From Marsupella aquatica (Eukaryota > Plantae > Marchantiophyta), in assembly GCA_973895155.1 (NCBI GenBank), contig OZ316893.1:7774963-7838962 (forward strand): a stretch of 64,000 nucleotides of DNA, given 5' to 3'. The notes under the pieces were generated by a model. That model saw only the letters and a program-made list of their open reading frames with translations. It ran no database searches and was not told the origin of the DNA. The position numbers and the translations under genes were made by a program. Shown here in pieces: positions 37,205 through 49,243 of the stretch. How positions within the stretch are numbered: position 1 is the stretch's first letter; each line of letters opens with the position of its first letter.

Positions 37205-40200
37205 TGTAAGTAATGAGTAATTCCAAAAGTATAAAGAAACTGGGAATTTTAAAATTTTTTGAGGTATTTAAACTATGTTTACTGCTAACCGTAGAGTAAA
37301 CTGCATTCCGACTAAACTCTGACAATTTACAAGTCGCTAAGTAAACTTCTTACGAGTTTACTAGTTTACTAGATTACAGGTTTACGAGTTGAGTCTGATT
37401 ACGGGTTTACGGGTTGACAAGTATCGACAACGAGTGTAATTACTGGATTACGGGCTTACGAGTTGACGACTTACGAGTTAAGGGTTACGAGTTCGCGGTG
37501 TGCGGAGGAGCCTTACGATCGTGACGTCTTACGGCTATCTCAACGGACCTTTCTACGGGTTGGGAGTATGTGACGAGAGCAGCTGAAGCACAATAGAGAA
37601 ACCCGCCTTGTTAAGATCTCTTCTACCTCTATCTTATTCCACGATCTTAGTAGCAACTCGAGCAGCAAGAACATCCGGAGAACCAGCTATGGCAGACCTT
37701 GGAGCTGATGAGCAATACCGCGTTGAATCCCTGGTGTTTCCCAAGGCAATGTTGGTCCAAATCCCATAGGCGCCCAATAGCTACGCCAATTTAAGGATGA
37801 CGCTGCAGCAGCTGGGTTTAGAACTCCTCTTGCATATACCATGGAATGTGGAGTTAGACACATACTTGCAAGATTTTGTCAAAGGCACTACTATTTCCCC
37901 TGAATTCCATCAAACAATCCAAGCTCGACCAAGTCTGTGGACAGTAGAACAGATTTCTTTTGCCTTCGGTTGCTCATCAAAAGGATCGGCATTGTATTCC
38001 AAGAAGAAGGACTTGTCATCTCCTTACTTCTCTGGAATCAGAAACCTCACAAATGGATGGAATCTGACTCAGTGCAATTACCCTGATCTGAGAATTCTTT
38101 TGGAATTTCTAGTACCCATTCTCCATCCGAAAAAGCCAACTATGTGCCCTGTGTCCTTGGCTAACACTATTGTAGCTGCTCACAGTGGAGTTATAAAAGT
38201 AAATTGGGCCCTACTTTTATTTAACGTTATGAAAGATCAAGTAAGGAGCTTGAAAGCAGGGAGGACTACTTACTTACAACATTATCTCTCTCAACTCTAT
38301 TATACCTATGACTGTTTACATTTCGAGGAGAGAACAGAAAGGGGATTACTTCTGATCGAGATGGGCATTGAGGAAGAAATTGATGTGGAAGAACCAGTGG
38401 ATGCCATTTCCCTAAAATCCAATGATGAGGATATTGATATGGATATAGAAAATGTATCTGTAGGAGATCTTGAAGCTTTGCCTGAACACAACTTAGAGTT
38501 AGTCCAACACCCTCTGAATAACCAAGTGTACTCACGAGAAGTCAGCATGGGAGAACAACCTGCAGCAGAAGAAGATAAAGAGGATGAAGACCTCTTTGAG
38601 CAACAAGAGCATATTGCGGAACCAACAATTGTTGTCATCCTAAGGACCAGCTCGCCCACTCCTTCGAAAGCAGAATCAAATCAGCAACTCATTGATAAGT
38701 TGATATCTCTTCTCAGTTGCACTGATGATGGACTCTATGATGCTGTTAATGATTTAAGAATGGAAGCTATCAGCTTGAAGTCACCATTCCCTGACCAGTT
38801 AAGCCCTATCACGATGATCTCCCCCCAGGAGAATCAACACCAATGGAATATGTGACTCTCACCCTTGCTACTCAACAGGTCCCTCTTCTAAAATCAAGTG
38901 ACCTTGTTCCAGTGACAGAAGGTATCAGTTGTGCAGCTATCGTAGATGATCTACTAGAGATACTACAGTGTGAACCTCGACAGATAACATTTGTGGTCAG
39001 CAACTTAGTGCAACAATGTCCAACTGCTACACCTTCTCTTAGTCCAAGTTCCCACCCTTACAGTCCTGATTCCAACTACGAACCCACAGAAGGACCGCTC
39101 TACAATCAGCCACAGTATGAGCATCCTTACGTTCGAGAGGATCTACCTGAAGATTCTGATCCACCCTCTGATTTTAATTCCATTCGATCTTATGATAACT
39201 CCTTAACATCATCACCAAGGCAGGGATTTGAAGATGTTGATATTGCCTTAAGATCCAATCCAAACTTAGTAGCAGTTATCACCTCGTCTACTTAGACCCC
39301 CCGAAATGCTGTTATCGAGAACAGATACCCGAGACCTCCCGAATTCCAAGTACGCAGGTATGTGGAGACCTGTAAGATTATGCAGGCCAACAGACCACCG
39401 GTTGGAGAGTTCTGGAGATATTATTATATCAAGAAGACGGAGGCCAGTTATATCTTCGACCTCAGGTGTTTTGGGACTTCCAGGGTGGAGATGGCAGCAC
39501 AATTTGATGAGTTCTGGACTGACTCTCTCTACTTCCAACCTACTCTTGCTATGATGCTACTTCAAGGTGATGTAGAGGTAGAGGATCCAGATTTGGTTTT
39601 GGCATACTTTGGAAACTTTGCAGCCTATGCCTTGGATTTTGTGGTTTCTTTCCTGATGCAGAGTAAGAAGTCTACTGCTCTACAACATGATTACATTCCT
39701 CAAGAGCCCAAAGTTACCCTTGTTTCAACCAGTTCATTGGCTGAGAAACAGAGGATTTGGAATAATGTCACCACTTAGACCTTGACACACTTCAACCGGT
39801 ACTTCAGAGATGTCAGATGGAGACTTCAACCTTTCTATTCTAGGATGATGAATAGTGATGAGTTCCTGTATCATTATCCCCAAGTATATGCTGCTACTTG
39901 TAACAACTATGATGTGATCAGGATGTACAGAGAAGCTCTTCGTATAGATTCATGTTATTTGATGAAGAGAATGCCTTTGATGTATCCTGAGAGACAACTG
40001 AGGTGCCTACCTTACTCCAGAGGATCCCCACGCCAAGCTGAGCTGATGGAGGTTACCCAGAATCGAACTGTTACTCTTGTGGAGTTGCTAGAACCAGAGG
40101 ACATCCGACAGCAAGCTTGAAGAAGTCTTTAAGTGATTTAGTTAGTTTAGAGTAGTGCATCTCATCTGATTTGTATAAAAGTGTTCTAGAGCTTTAAAAT

Positions 40201-41325
40201 CTGTCATACTTCTTTAGCATATAGTCTATACTTAGGAAAGTCTGCTGGCAAAATCTCAGAGTTTTCTGACTTATAGTTAGGAAGTTAAAAATAGTTGAAT
40301 TCATCAAGTCTTTACTTTACCGCGATTACGAGTTACGACTTAGTTAGACTTTTACGAGTTTAAGAGTTTACTAGTTCACAGCTTTTACTAGTTTACTAGT
40401 TTACGAGTTCATACTTAGCCATTTTTCCGGCTTTTCACTCATTGAATTGCCATTTTAACTTTTTGAGGGGTATGAAGAGGCATGTCTCTTCGAGCCTGTG
40501 GCCTCTCACTCTGTAGATTTTGACTATAAGATAGCTCTACCACTAGTGTAGATGATGGTAAAGTTTAGCAATTTTTGCCTTTCCTTGGTGTTCTGCCAGT
40601 TGATCATGAATGTTAAGAGTTCGAGATCAAGCTTGACACTATGAGAAGACTTTCCTCCTTCTTGTGGTTTAATCCTTTGAATAAATCATGGGAAGTAAAA
40701 TTCCAGTTGTGTAAATCTTATGAGATGTGATGACAGATTCCTCTTTGGTGACTCATTACAATCTCCTGAGTTCTTGAAGTTAACTCACTGAGTTTAAGTC
40801 TTATTTGAAATTGATGGATTTTCTTTCATGTTGCTTAGTACCATCTAAATGTCGAAGTAGCTACCTTTTAGATCTTATCTAAGTACCACTTAGAAAGAAA
40901 GGATAAGACGTGTTGACGGCATTTTAAAAGGTACTCTAGTAAGCAATTTAGATCTGAAAAGCAATATAGATTTGAATCCTTAAGTCTTTTCATTTTGACT
41001 TATGTCTAAGGAGTAACCTTGGAAAATTCCAGACTCCCTTAGCATACTTTGAGATATTTTTCCTTGTGTTTTGTTAATCATTTCCTTTTCATTAATTTAT
41101 GGTTACATGATGCTGAGTTATCATTGAAAACTACTCACCGCTGTGGAGCGATCTTCAAAATACCTTAGTAAAGTAATCAATCCTGATTACTATGTGTTAA
41201 AGAGAGTCCTTAAACTCTCCTTTGTGTTTTTATGTATCAAATCAACCCCATCTTGTTCTTTACGGGAACGAATACCGAGTTTGAAGACCTTTAAGTGTGT
41301 TTTTGGTTCTTCATAACAAACTACA
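37205..41325 (+). mobile_element. Solo LTR, 4121 bp (family B), TSD AGTCA, in an intron of the CACTA transposase
   Basis: AGTCA|TGTAAG...CTACA|AGTCA; no terminal direct repeats, no gag/pol; removing it leaves a ~120-bp GT-AG intron. Confidence 0.85.
37689..40120 (+). pseudogene. LTR-encoded ~800-aa protein (plant-transposon accessory domain, acidic linker, unknown C-terminal domain)
   Basis: ATG 37689 is in frame with 37797-38855 (LGLELLLHIPW...GWNLTQC...LLEFLVPILHPKKPT...VNWALLL...YLSQLY), followed by frameshifted pieces 38843-39295, 39362-39778 and 39782-40120. Confidence 0.75.
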
Positions 41326-44298
41326 AGTCATTTTGTTTACACTTGCTACATGACCATGATGACAGTGGGTATTCATTGTTGGTCGATCCATCATTGCATT
41401 GAGGTGATGTTCTAATCCCAATGTGTTTTGATCCCAATTTTTAGGGAGTGGAGAGATATTTGATGGGATAGAACGACATGGCCCACACTATATTTATTGG
41501 TGCTACCGCTTCAAGAGGATGGTATCAGGCTATGGACGCACTAGAACAAATCAGAAGGACCAAGAAGTCACTTATTCTCTTCATTTTGCACGACGCTTTT
41601 TCACAAAAATATCGTCGTACATTTGGGAAGATGACGATGGACTTTTCCCTCATCAGAGGGCTTTGGAGAAAATTCATGCATCCCTGCGTGTCCCTGCGGA
41701 GCATCGTAAGGAGCACAGGTGCAGAGTCATTGTACCACCATCTGAATGCCCACACTGGCACGGGAATTCGGTGCCAATAGTTTCAAGTCAAATTCTAGCG
41801 ATGGAATTGTGGGATAGTATGATATCCTCTGTGGAGTCATATGGTTGCAAGCACATGTTGTTGAGCAAAGGGGTTGGCATAGGCTCAAACAGGAAGCTGA
41901 CAAAGAAACTGGGGCTGTCCGCCAGGATGTCATTGAAGCAGCATTGGACAGATGTTGGAGTATTCAACATCAGTGAGGACCACGAAATTAGTGAATCTTG
42001 GACTCCATTGCGATCAGCTGTGTGGAGAGCTGAAGTGTACAAGCCTGGCGATCACGTTGTTGTACTGGTAGATGGGAGTACAGATGCTTCACATCCTCAA
42101 AACTGGAAAGCAGTACTCCAAAAGATTTTCATGCACGAATTCGATGGCCACATGGACATATTCTTTGAGGCGGATTGGTATAAACAACAGTATACACAGG
42201 ATCCTCGGCGAAATTTACTGTCTTGGGAACGAGATGAGTATTCCCTGTTTACTCTTTTGGAACCAAAAGTATATCACGCACATGGCAACAACTGTAGGCC
42301 TATGTCAAGAATTCTACACAAGTTCTTCCCAATTCAAAGAGGCGGGAGGGAGGTTGTAGCCTTGGAGATTGGAGATACTTTAGTACGGGAACTCCCTACC
42401 ACAATTGCAAACTGCCCTCCTTTCCCAGAGGCAGGGGACATAATGATTGCAATAGCGGACTCACTTTCCATCCCTGACCTGTGTGTTGTAAGGGAAGTCC
42501 TCCTTCCCAGGCGCGATGCGGCAACGGAAATGCAAGCGGTGGATGTAGGAGTGGACGGTGCTTCTTACGGGGAGGAGGAGGAGGAGGAGGGAGGGGATGA
42601 CATGGCAGAATCGCACAATGCAAATGATAATGAGAAGGACCTCGGGAAGGTTGGTGTGAGTTGGTTGTCTGTACAGGGTTCTCGGTCAAGTTGCCCAATC
42701 TACAAGGCAGCATCACAAATTGATGAACACATCACCTTTCAAAGATTAGTTGCGTTGAGGCTTGATTTTCGTGCAATTGGACTTCACCATGGTATCCCTG
42801 TACGGTGGAATACCGTATAGTAATACCATGGAAAGTCCCAAGTACGACAAAAAGAAAGATACTATGGGATATGACAACACTTGAGAGGCGCCATTTTGTC
42901 AATAACTGAATACTGACCAGGATGCAGACCGTAGGATGTGTGAGATGCAGGTCAGACATGAGCCTGTGATGGTGACGCTATGGTGCTTTGCACGGGGTAT
43001 GATCGGGGACGGCACGGGTCACAAATATCATTGGATTCTGGGTCGGATGTGACATAATGGATGGGTATTACCAGGTTACTTGGGAACGTGATAAAATGTA
43101 CGTTGGGGTAGTGAAAGGGCGGTGCCACCGATCGGAGACAGAATCTTTGTTGTGAGATCTACTACTGAAATTGCAGTGACTAAATGATGCATGCCACTGC
43201 ACACATGAACGCCCTATGAGGAATTCCTTATAAGCTTTGGGCAATGGTGCGAGCTCCTGAGCTCCAGTCTTTGATTGTGTAGGTTTTGTAAATCTTTGTG
43301 GCTGACAAGTCTGCCATTGGATAACACTTGGGGTGTTAGCGACGGAAGCAAGTATCGACGAGCGCGGGGTGACGTTGGAGGATTGGTGAAAGTATGGTTC
43401 GTCAACATGATCGTCCAGCGCCGATCGCATTGTTGATGCAAAGCGACGAGGATATCACAGATCGTATGTACCCCTCTTTCACTCAACTCCTTTGGTTCTT
43501 AATTCCGCATGAAGTATATTGATCGATTGTAAGAATGGCGCAACTAAGGCCTGCTTTGTTTGTACAGTCGTGACGGAGACGATTTGGAAGTCATGCTCAG
43601 GGAGGGTAATACGGCATTATCTAGGGATGGCCCTTGCAGACCATAATTTAGCTAGAAAAGCTGGTTTGGTTCCATGTTTTGAACTCGTCTGGCCCAGAGT
43701 TGCAATTCCTGCTGTAAAGGAGTTCGCAGTAGGGTATGATCAAGGTCGAAACTGTGTGTCATTCCGGGGTGCAACTCACACATTCAACAGAGAGGTATTG
43801 CGAGCTGCATTTGCTTTTTTGTCTGGAGAATGGGCCTGATTTAAACCTGGGTTGGTCCAAGGTCAACTAAATTCCATGTTTTCTGCCAAGATGAAAGGCA
43901 ACCCATACAGTCTAGACAAAATCACTGCGCCATATATGCAGTGGTGTGGGATAATCAGGGCGATTTCTGAATTGCTCTCAGGCAAGAGCAAACCCACTCA
44001 AGTCACCTCAAAAGACATGTGGGTAACTATACTGGGCGTATTGGTGGGATACGATTAGGGTACGTGATCGTTTTAGAGGAGCTGAAACTCCCGTGGTGAA
44101 GCCCAATTGGGCACATTTGGTGTACGATAATCTGACGAGTGAGATCCTCAGGTTAAAGTCACACCTATCAAAGAATGGTGTCGTAGACAAACAACTTCCT
44201 TGCTACTATGGCACTGCTATAACGCAGATTCTTGTACACTACGGGTATTCGCTGGAGGAGCTTATGGTCGAACAACACGAAGATGATCATGAGGACGA

Positions 44299-44478
44299 CG
44301 ACGAGGAAGGGGACAATGGCTCACAAGAGGACGAGGAAGGGGAGGCTGGCTCAGAAGAGGACAAGGACGGGGACAGTGGCTCACAGGAGGACGAGGAAGG
44401 GGATGACGGATCACGAGAGGACGAGGAAGGAGAAGATGGCTCACGAGAGGACGAGGAAGGGGATGGTGCGTCTGACGG
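44299..44478 (+). repeat. Coding tandem repeat, 30 bp x6 (DEEGDxGSxE)
   Basis: GACGAGGAAGGGGA...GGCTCAC..GAG units, visible in both DNA and translation. Confidence 0.9.
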
Positions 44479-44577
44479 TGAGGGGCAGCCATCGGAGGTT
44501 GCGCCCCAATTCTCCAGGGATAAACAGAAATGTCCTCAGGGTGAGCACAAATCGCCGCCCTTTGTGCCAGAGTGCAT

Positions 44578-47500
44578 TGTGATGCCTAGCCAGGAATCAC
44601 TCGGCCAGTTAAGTAGGTAAAGCAGGAGTGCACCCTAGAAACACCTTAGTATAGGGACAAAACAAGGAAAATATAAACAATTAGGGGCGACTATGGAACC
44701 CGGGCCGAGGCCGGAGGTAAGGACGCTGGGGGTGAAAACAAGATTAGGGTTAGGGCGCGCTAAGCATCGGCGGCTAGGAAGGATCAACGGGAGGAAGAAC
44801 CGGAAGAGGAGAGGGGTAAGGAGCGCTTGCAGGGAATGGTGGCTCATTTGCGAGCACGAACTAGGCAGACGACTACGGAAGGCCAACTACTGTCAGCTGC
44901 TTAGGCAAGCACTCAGGGAGAGAGTAGATACCGACGATCGACCTAAGGAGGGTATGAGCAACGTCAATCAAGCGGCACATTTCTGGGGATGCCTGTTCGA
45001 ATGGGCAACTGAGTACATCAAGACTTACGAGGACAAAGAATCAAAAAGGGCAGCTCGAGAACGGCAGGAGCTCGCTCGATTGTGGGAGCTGCAGAAGACG
45101 GCTTTCTTAGGAGGCGAACTCATCAAGGCTGAGTTCTTGTGGACTCCTACTTCCAATCAGCTCGACGATCTTCTGTTTTGCGAAGATAGAGTTGTCGGCA
45201 TCCGAGAAGCCATCAAACGCTGCAACAACATACACTGGGAGTTGAAGGGTAGCACGGAGGGGTGGACAAAGGCAACCGTGCTAGGAGAGACATCCACGGG
45301 AGCCGAAATGAAGAGGAAGGGAGCCGTCAACGATGAAGCCACCCCGGCAAAAAGAACGAGGTCGACGGCACCAAAGAAGCCAGACGAGCAGCAGAGCAGG
45401 AGGCAGGGAGAAGCCGAAGAGGAGGACGATCCCATCAATGCCATTCCAACCAGGGATGACACCTGGAAGGGCTGGGCGGCAACCCTACCAGAGGAGGTGC
45501 AACTACATTTTGCACGGGAGGAGGATGCATGCTTTACGGCCATGCAGACCAAGAAGTACCAAGGCTTCATGGCCGGATCCGGCTTAGAGGCCTTTGTAAG
45601 ATTACCATGGCTGAAGCCGGAGGTGCCGGATTCAGACTTATTGGAATTTGTGGGGTCATGGGAACCCGAGACCAATTCCACGAGGATATATGGGAAGGAT
45701 TTCTATCTTACTCCCAAGGTGATTGCCGAAGTGTTTGGCTTGCCGATAGGCAATAAGACCAAAGTTGATACCAGGAAGACCTTGCCTGACAAGGAGTTCC
45801 GGTCGTTCCCCGGGCCATCAACGAAGAATGGCTTCTTCCGGAACACCTGCACCAACCCGCACATAGGAGAGATGATCGACTTCTTGCGGGTGACCATGCA
45901 TTGTAACTTGCCGAGGGCAGAGATCGGCAAGGCACAGGTCTATCTGGCAGAGAGGCCAGACCCAAGCCGGGACTACAACGGGTACCTCCTCAACCAAGTG
46001 AAGAAGATCTTAAAGGAGGAGCAGTAGGTAATCGGCATGGGGAGCGTGTCGCGGCTTGGCTATCACATGCCGCTGTTGTGCCGGTATGCCAGAGGTCAGA
46101 CCTTTGCCCCAGTACTTCCCCTGCAGGTAAGGACACCCGAGGAAGCTCCAGCACCAAGGCCGGTAGCAGAGAAGCCTCAACCACCTGTTAGCCCTACGAT
46201 TGAGTAGGTGTTTAGGCCAAGGAAGGAAGACTTGCCGATGCAGCAACCAAGCATGCAGAATCTGCTGAAAATGCTGGAGAAGGAAAAGACGGCACTGGCA
46301 CCAGCTTCGGCAGTGGCACCAATACAGGACATTGCCCCAGAGGTCAACCTAAGCAGACTTAGAAGGGAAGACCCCTTTACCGAAAATAAGGAGAGAATCA
46401 GGCCAGAATCCAAGCCGGGTGTTCGAATGTACGTGGGAGTCTCAAGCTTTGAATCTGAGGCAAAATTGCCTGAAGCTCCTACCGGCGAAGACGAGAGGGA
46501 GAAGCCGGAAGTCCAAGGGTTGGAGGAGGCAATGGAGGACTGCAGCCATGATAACTCCGGCTATGGGTTGGACCATCACGTTCCAGGAGTAAGGACTTGT
46601 GGCCGGTTTATCCCCACACTTCCAAGGGTAGTTCGAGGGGACCCCAACCAGCAGAGTAGCCCCGAGTCTCCCCCACCAGATGTTGCTCCCCCGAGCTTTG
46701 ACGGCATAAAGCAGACGGCATAGGAATTCCAGGAGCGACTTAGGGAAGCAGAAAAGGCAGCCCTGGCTAGGGAAAAGGATTTGCCAAGAGGAGATTGGCC
46801 GGAGGACATCAGGCGGCTAGCCGAAAAAGGAAGCAAACCTCTAGCCACGATTGAAGAGATCCGCAAGACGGCTTGGGAGCAGAGGCCGCGATGGGCGATG
46901 CCGATCACTTCTACTTACTCCACCTACGCTAAGAATAGAGCCATGGAGTATGGTGAGATATGTGGGGAACTTGCGCTCGGCATCTTTGGGGAGGAGTTGG
47001 AGGTAGGACCCTTTTTCCATAGGGAGCAGTTGGAGAAGCACCAATTAGAAGAAGCGGTGGCTTTAGAGAGAAGCAAGAAGGACGAGGTCATCTGGCGGCT
47101 TAGGAGGATGGAAGCCGAGATTGAAGATCTAAGGGCGGCCAAGAAAGCCCAAGATGAACTGCGGATTAAGCGGCATGAACTGAACATCATGCAGGGGCAG
47201 TTGGACACCGCGCAGGCTGATAATCAGATTATCAAGGATAAACTGACTCAGACCCAGGAAGAATTGGCCGACGCAATCAAGGACAGGGAGAAATGGAAGA
47301 AGGAGCTGAGAGACGCAGAGGAGGCCCATATAGCAGTCAACAACCGGGTCGCGGCGGAGACTCAGAGAAGGGAGAGGGCGCTGAAGGGAGAGCTCGAGAT
47401 CATCCGCCGAGCCCTTGAGCAGAAGGAGGCCGAGTTAGGGAAATTCTATCAAGGGATTGTTGCGCTACAGCAGGAGCTTGCGTCCCTGACGGCCAGCTTC

Positions 47501-49243
47501 AAGGCTGACCTGCGGGAGAAGGACGCCCAGCTCGACCAGACTTATGCCAAGATGAATAACATGGAGTCTGAGGTCGTAGCGGAGCTCGACAAGGAGCTAA
47601 GAGCAGCCCAGGAGGAGAGGGCTACCACCAAGAAGGAATTGGAGGAAGCCCACAGGGAATTGGAGGAAGCCAAAAACGAGCTGGAGGAGGCACGTAAGGA
47701 CCTGGATGAGACCCAGGAGGAGTTGGAAGAAATCACGAGGAAGATGGAGAACCTACAGCGGCGGGCCGACAACCAAATAGAGCGGCTGAAGAAACAAGCC
47801 GCAATATTTAAATGCTTAGCTGCATCAGGTCCATCTCCAGTTGGGGAAAACCAGTTACCCGGGGTGGTAATTGCCGAAGGACCAGCCGTGACACACGGCC
47901 CGGTGCCGGACGTTGGCGGCAAGGGGAAGGAACCGGCTATGGAGATAGTGAAGAAGAAGAAGCGGAAACCTTCGGGGTCCGGAGGTTATTCGACCCCTCA
48001 AGCCGTACTCAAACCGGTACCAACCTCCGGCATGAACACGGCAATAGATTCCGCTACCACCAAAGGTGGGGATGGCGCGACCCAAGCCGAACTACTCAGT
48101 AATGAGGCCGGTATCCCAGATCCACCTCTTGAGCAAGCCGGGGAGGCCGTGGCCGATGCTGAGGCTGTAGCTGAGGCTGATGTTGAAGCCGATGCCATTG
48201 CCGGGGGTGGACCCAGTCAGGCCGATGGAGAGTTGACTCAGTCAAGGGCAGGTAATCTGTCAGAGAACGAACCTACGGCAATGGCTGAGGTGGAAGCGTT
48301 GGGGGCGTCCACTGAGGAATAGCCACCGCTGCCATGACGGTGGTGGAGGGCCACTCCTTTCAAGGAGGGCGGACGTGGAGGGAGGAGGCGTGAGTGGGCA
48401 GGGCGGGCTCAGATCTCTAAGTTTAGGATTAGGATCAGGACCAGGAGGCGGCCCTGACACTTAGCTTAGTGGGATTGCGGTTCCACTGGTAAGAGCAACA
48501 CTTGTACTCCTGCCTCGCTGTACATAGGTAGATCCAGTTAGGTAGATTAGGCTTACGCTGCAAAGAATTAGGCGGATCCACTACCAGGATAAGTACCTGG
48601 GCAGCAGGGAGCTCAGGGCCTCTTCTTTAGCAAGTTTTTAGTTTGCACCAGCCGGGCTGGGATCAAGTAGTAAGAGAAGCTCTCGGTTAGTCATACAGTG
48701 ACCCTTGTGTATATTCATGTTACCTCATGCCTAAGAGCTGAATAGAGTTGGCCTCACGGCTTAGTTCGCAGAGCTTGTGTATGAGATGTACTGTTTGTAT
48801 GGCAAGTGCATGGTATGACTCAGTCAGAAGGAGTCATTTTGCTATTTGTGTGTCGCATTAACTTGTGTGAAGAGTGCCCACATCAACCAATAGAGGAAGG
48901 AAAGTAAGCAGGGGAGTGAGAGTTGGATGTGTCGAGCTGAGAGAGGTCTTAGCGGCTTAACCAAGCCTATTGGGGATCATTCCGGCGGCGGAATCGAAAC
49001 ATACCTAACAAGACGGAGGGGAAGACAAGGGAAGGCCTAGATTAGGCCGGCTACGTATCTCATGACCCGATGAAGGATCTGTCCAGTATATGTGTGTAAA
49101 ATGTTAATAGTAGTAGTAGAAGGAGGTTAGCAGCGTCCCATGCCGCTAAGCCGCGGAAACGGCCTCACCAAGCGCGAAACCTGTGGGAATCGGCTTGCGC
49201 TGGGGGGGTTTCTTGGGTTTAGGGAGCCATGGGATGCACCACA
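44578..49243 (+). mobile_element. Solo LTR, 4666 bp (family A), TSD TGCAT
   Basis: TGCAT|TGTGATGCC...GCACCACA|TGCAT; homologous to 1517-6225; no PBS follows; excision restores ...PPFVPEC-MRVLSQHIRAL... in frame. Confidence 0.96.
44693..48322 (+). pseudogene. LTR-encoded 1209-codon frame with three TAG stops
   Basis: ORFs 44693-46027, 46208-46723 and 46781-48322 are in one frame; each TAG is CAG in the other LTR copy; ATG lies 115 nt inside the LTR. Confidence 0.92.

Larger units (their letters stand above)
22557..42820 (+). pseudogene. CACTA/En-Spm Tnp2-type transposase gene, split (22557-22742, 34822-35909, 36043-37196, 41445-42820)
   Basis: N-terminal CTCQYKC...RRRH. Core DPRNIALMAHWDGFQ...LDAFLEPFIRELEELF...FTGDHPAQCK...ACRNC...YDTMHIL. 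DUF4218-like HGPHYIYWCYRF. Removing 22743-34821 rejoins the frame; GT-AG introns are in matching phase; several stops and frameshifts. Confidence 0.88.

Noticed and set aside
1517-49243. The two family-A LTRs as ends of one giant element (LTR pair or 4.7-kb TIRs)
   Set aside because: They are in inverted orientation; the right copy has its own TGCAT TSD and the left copy has its own PBS/gag. They are independent insertions.
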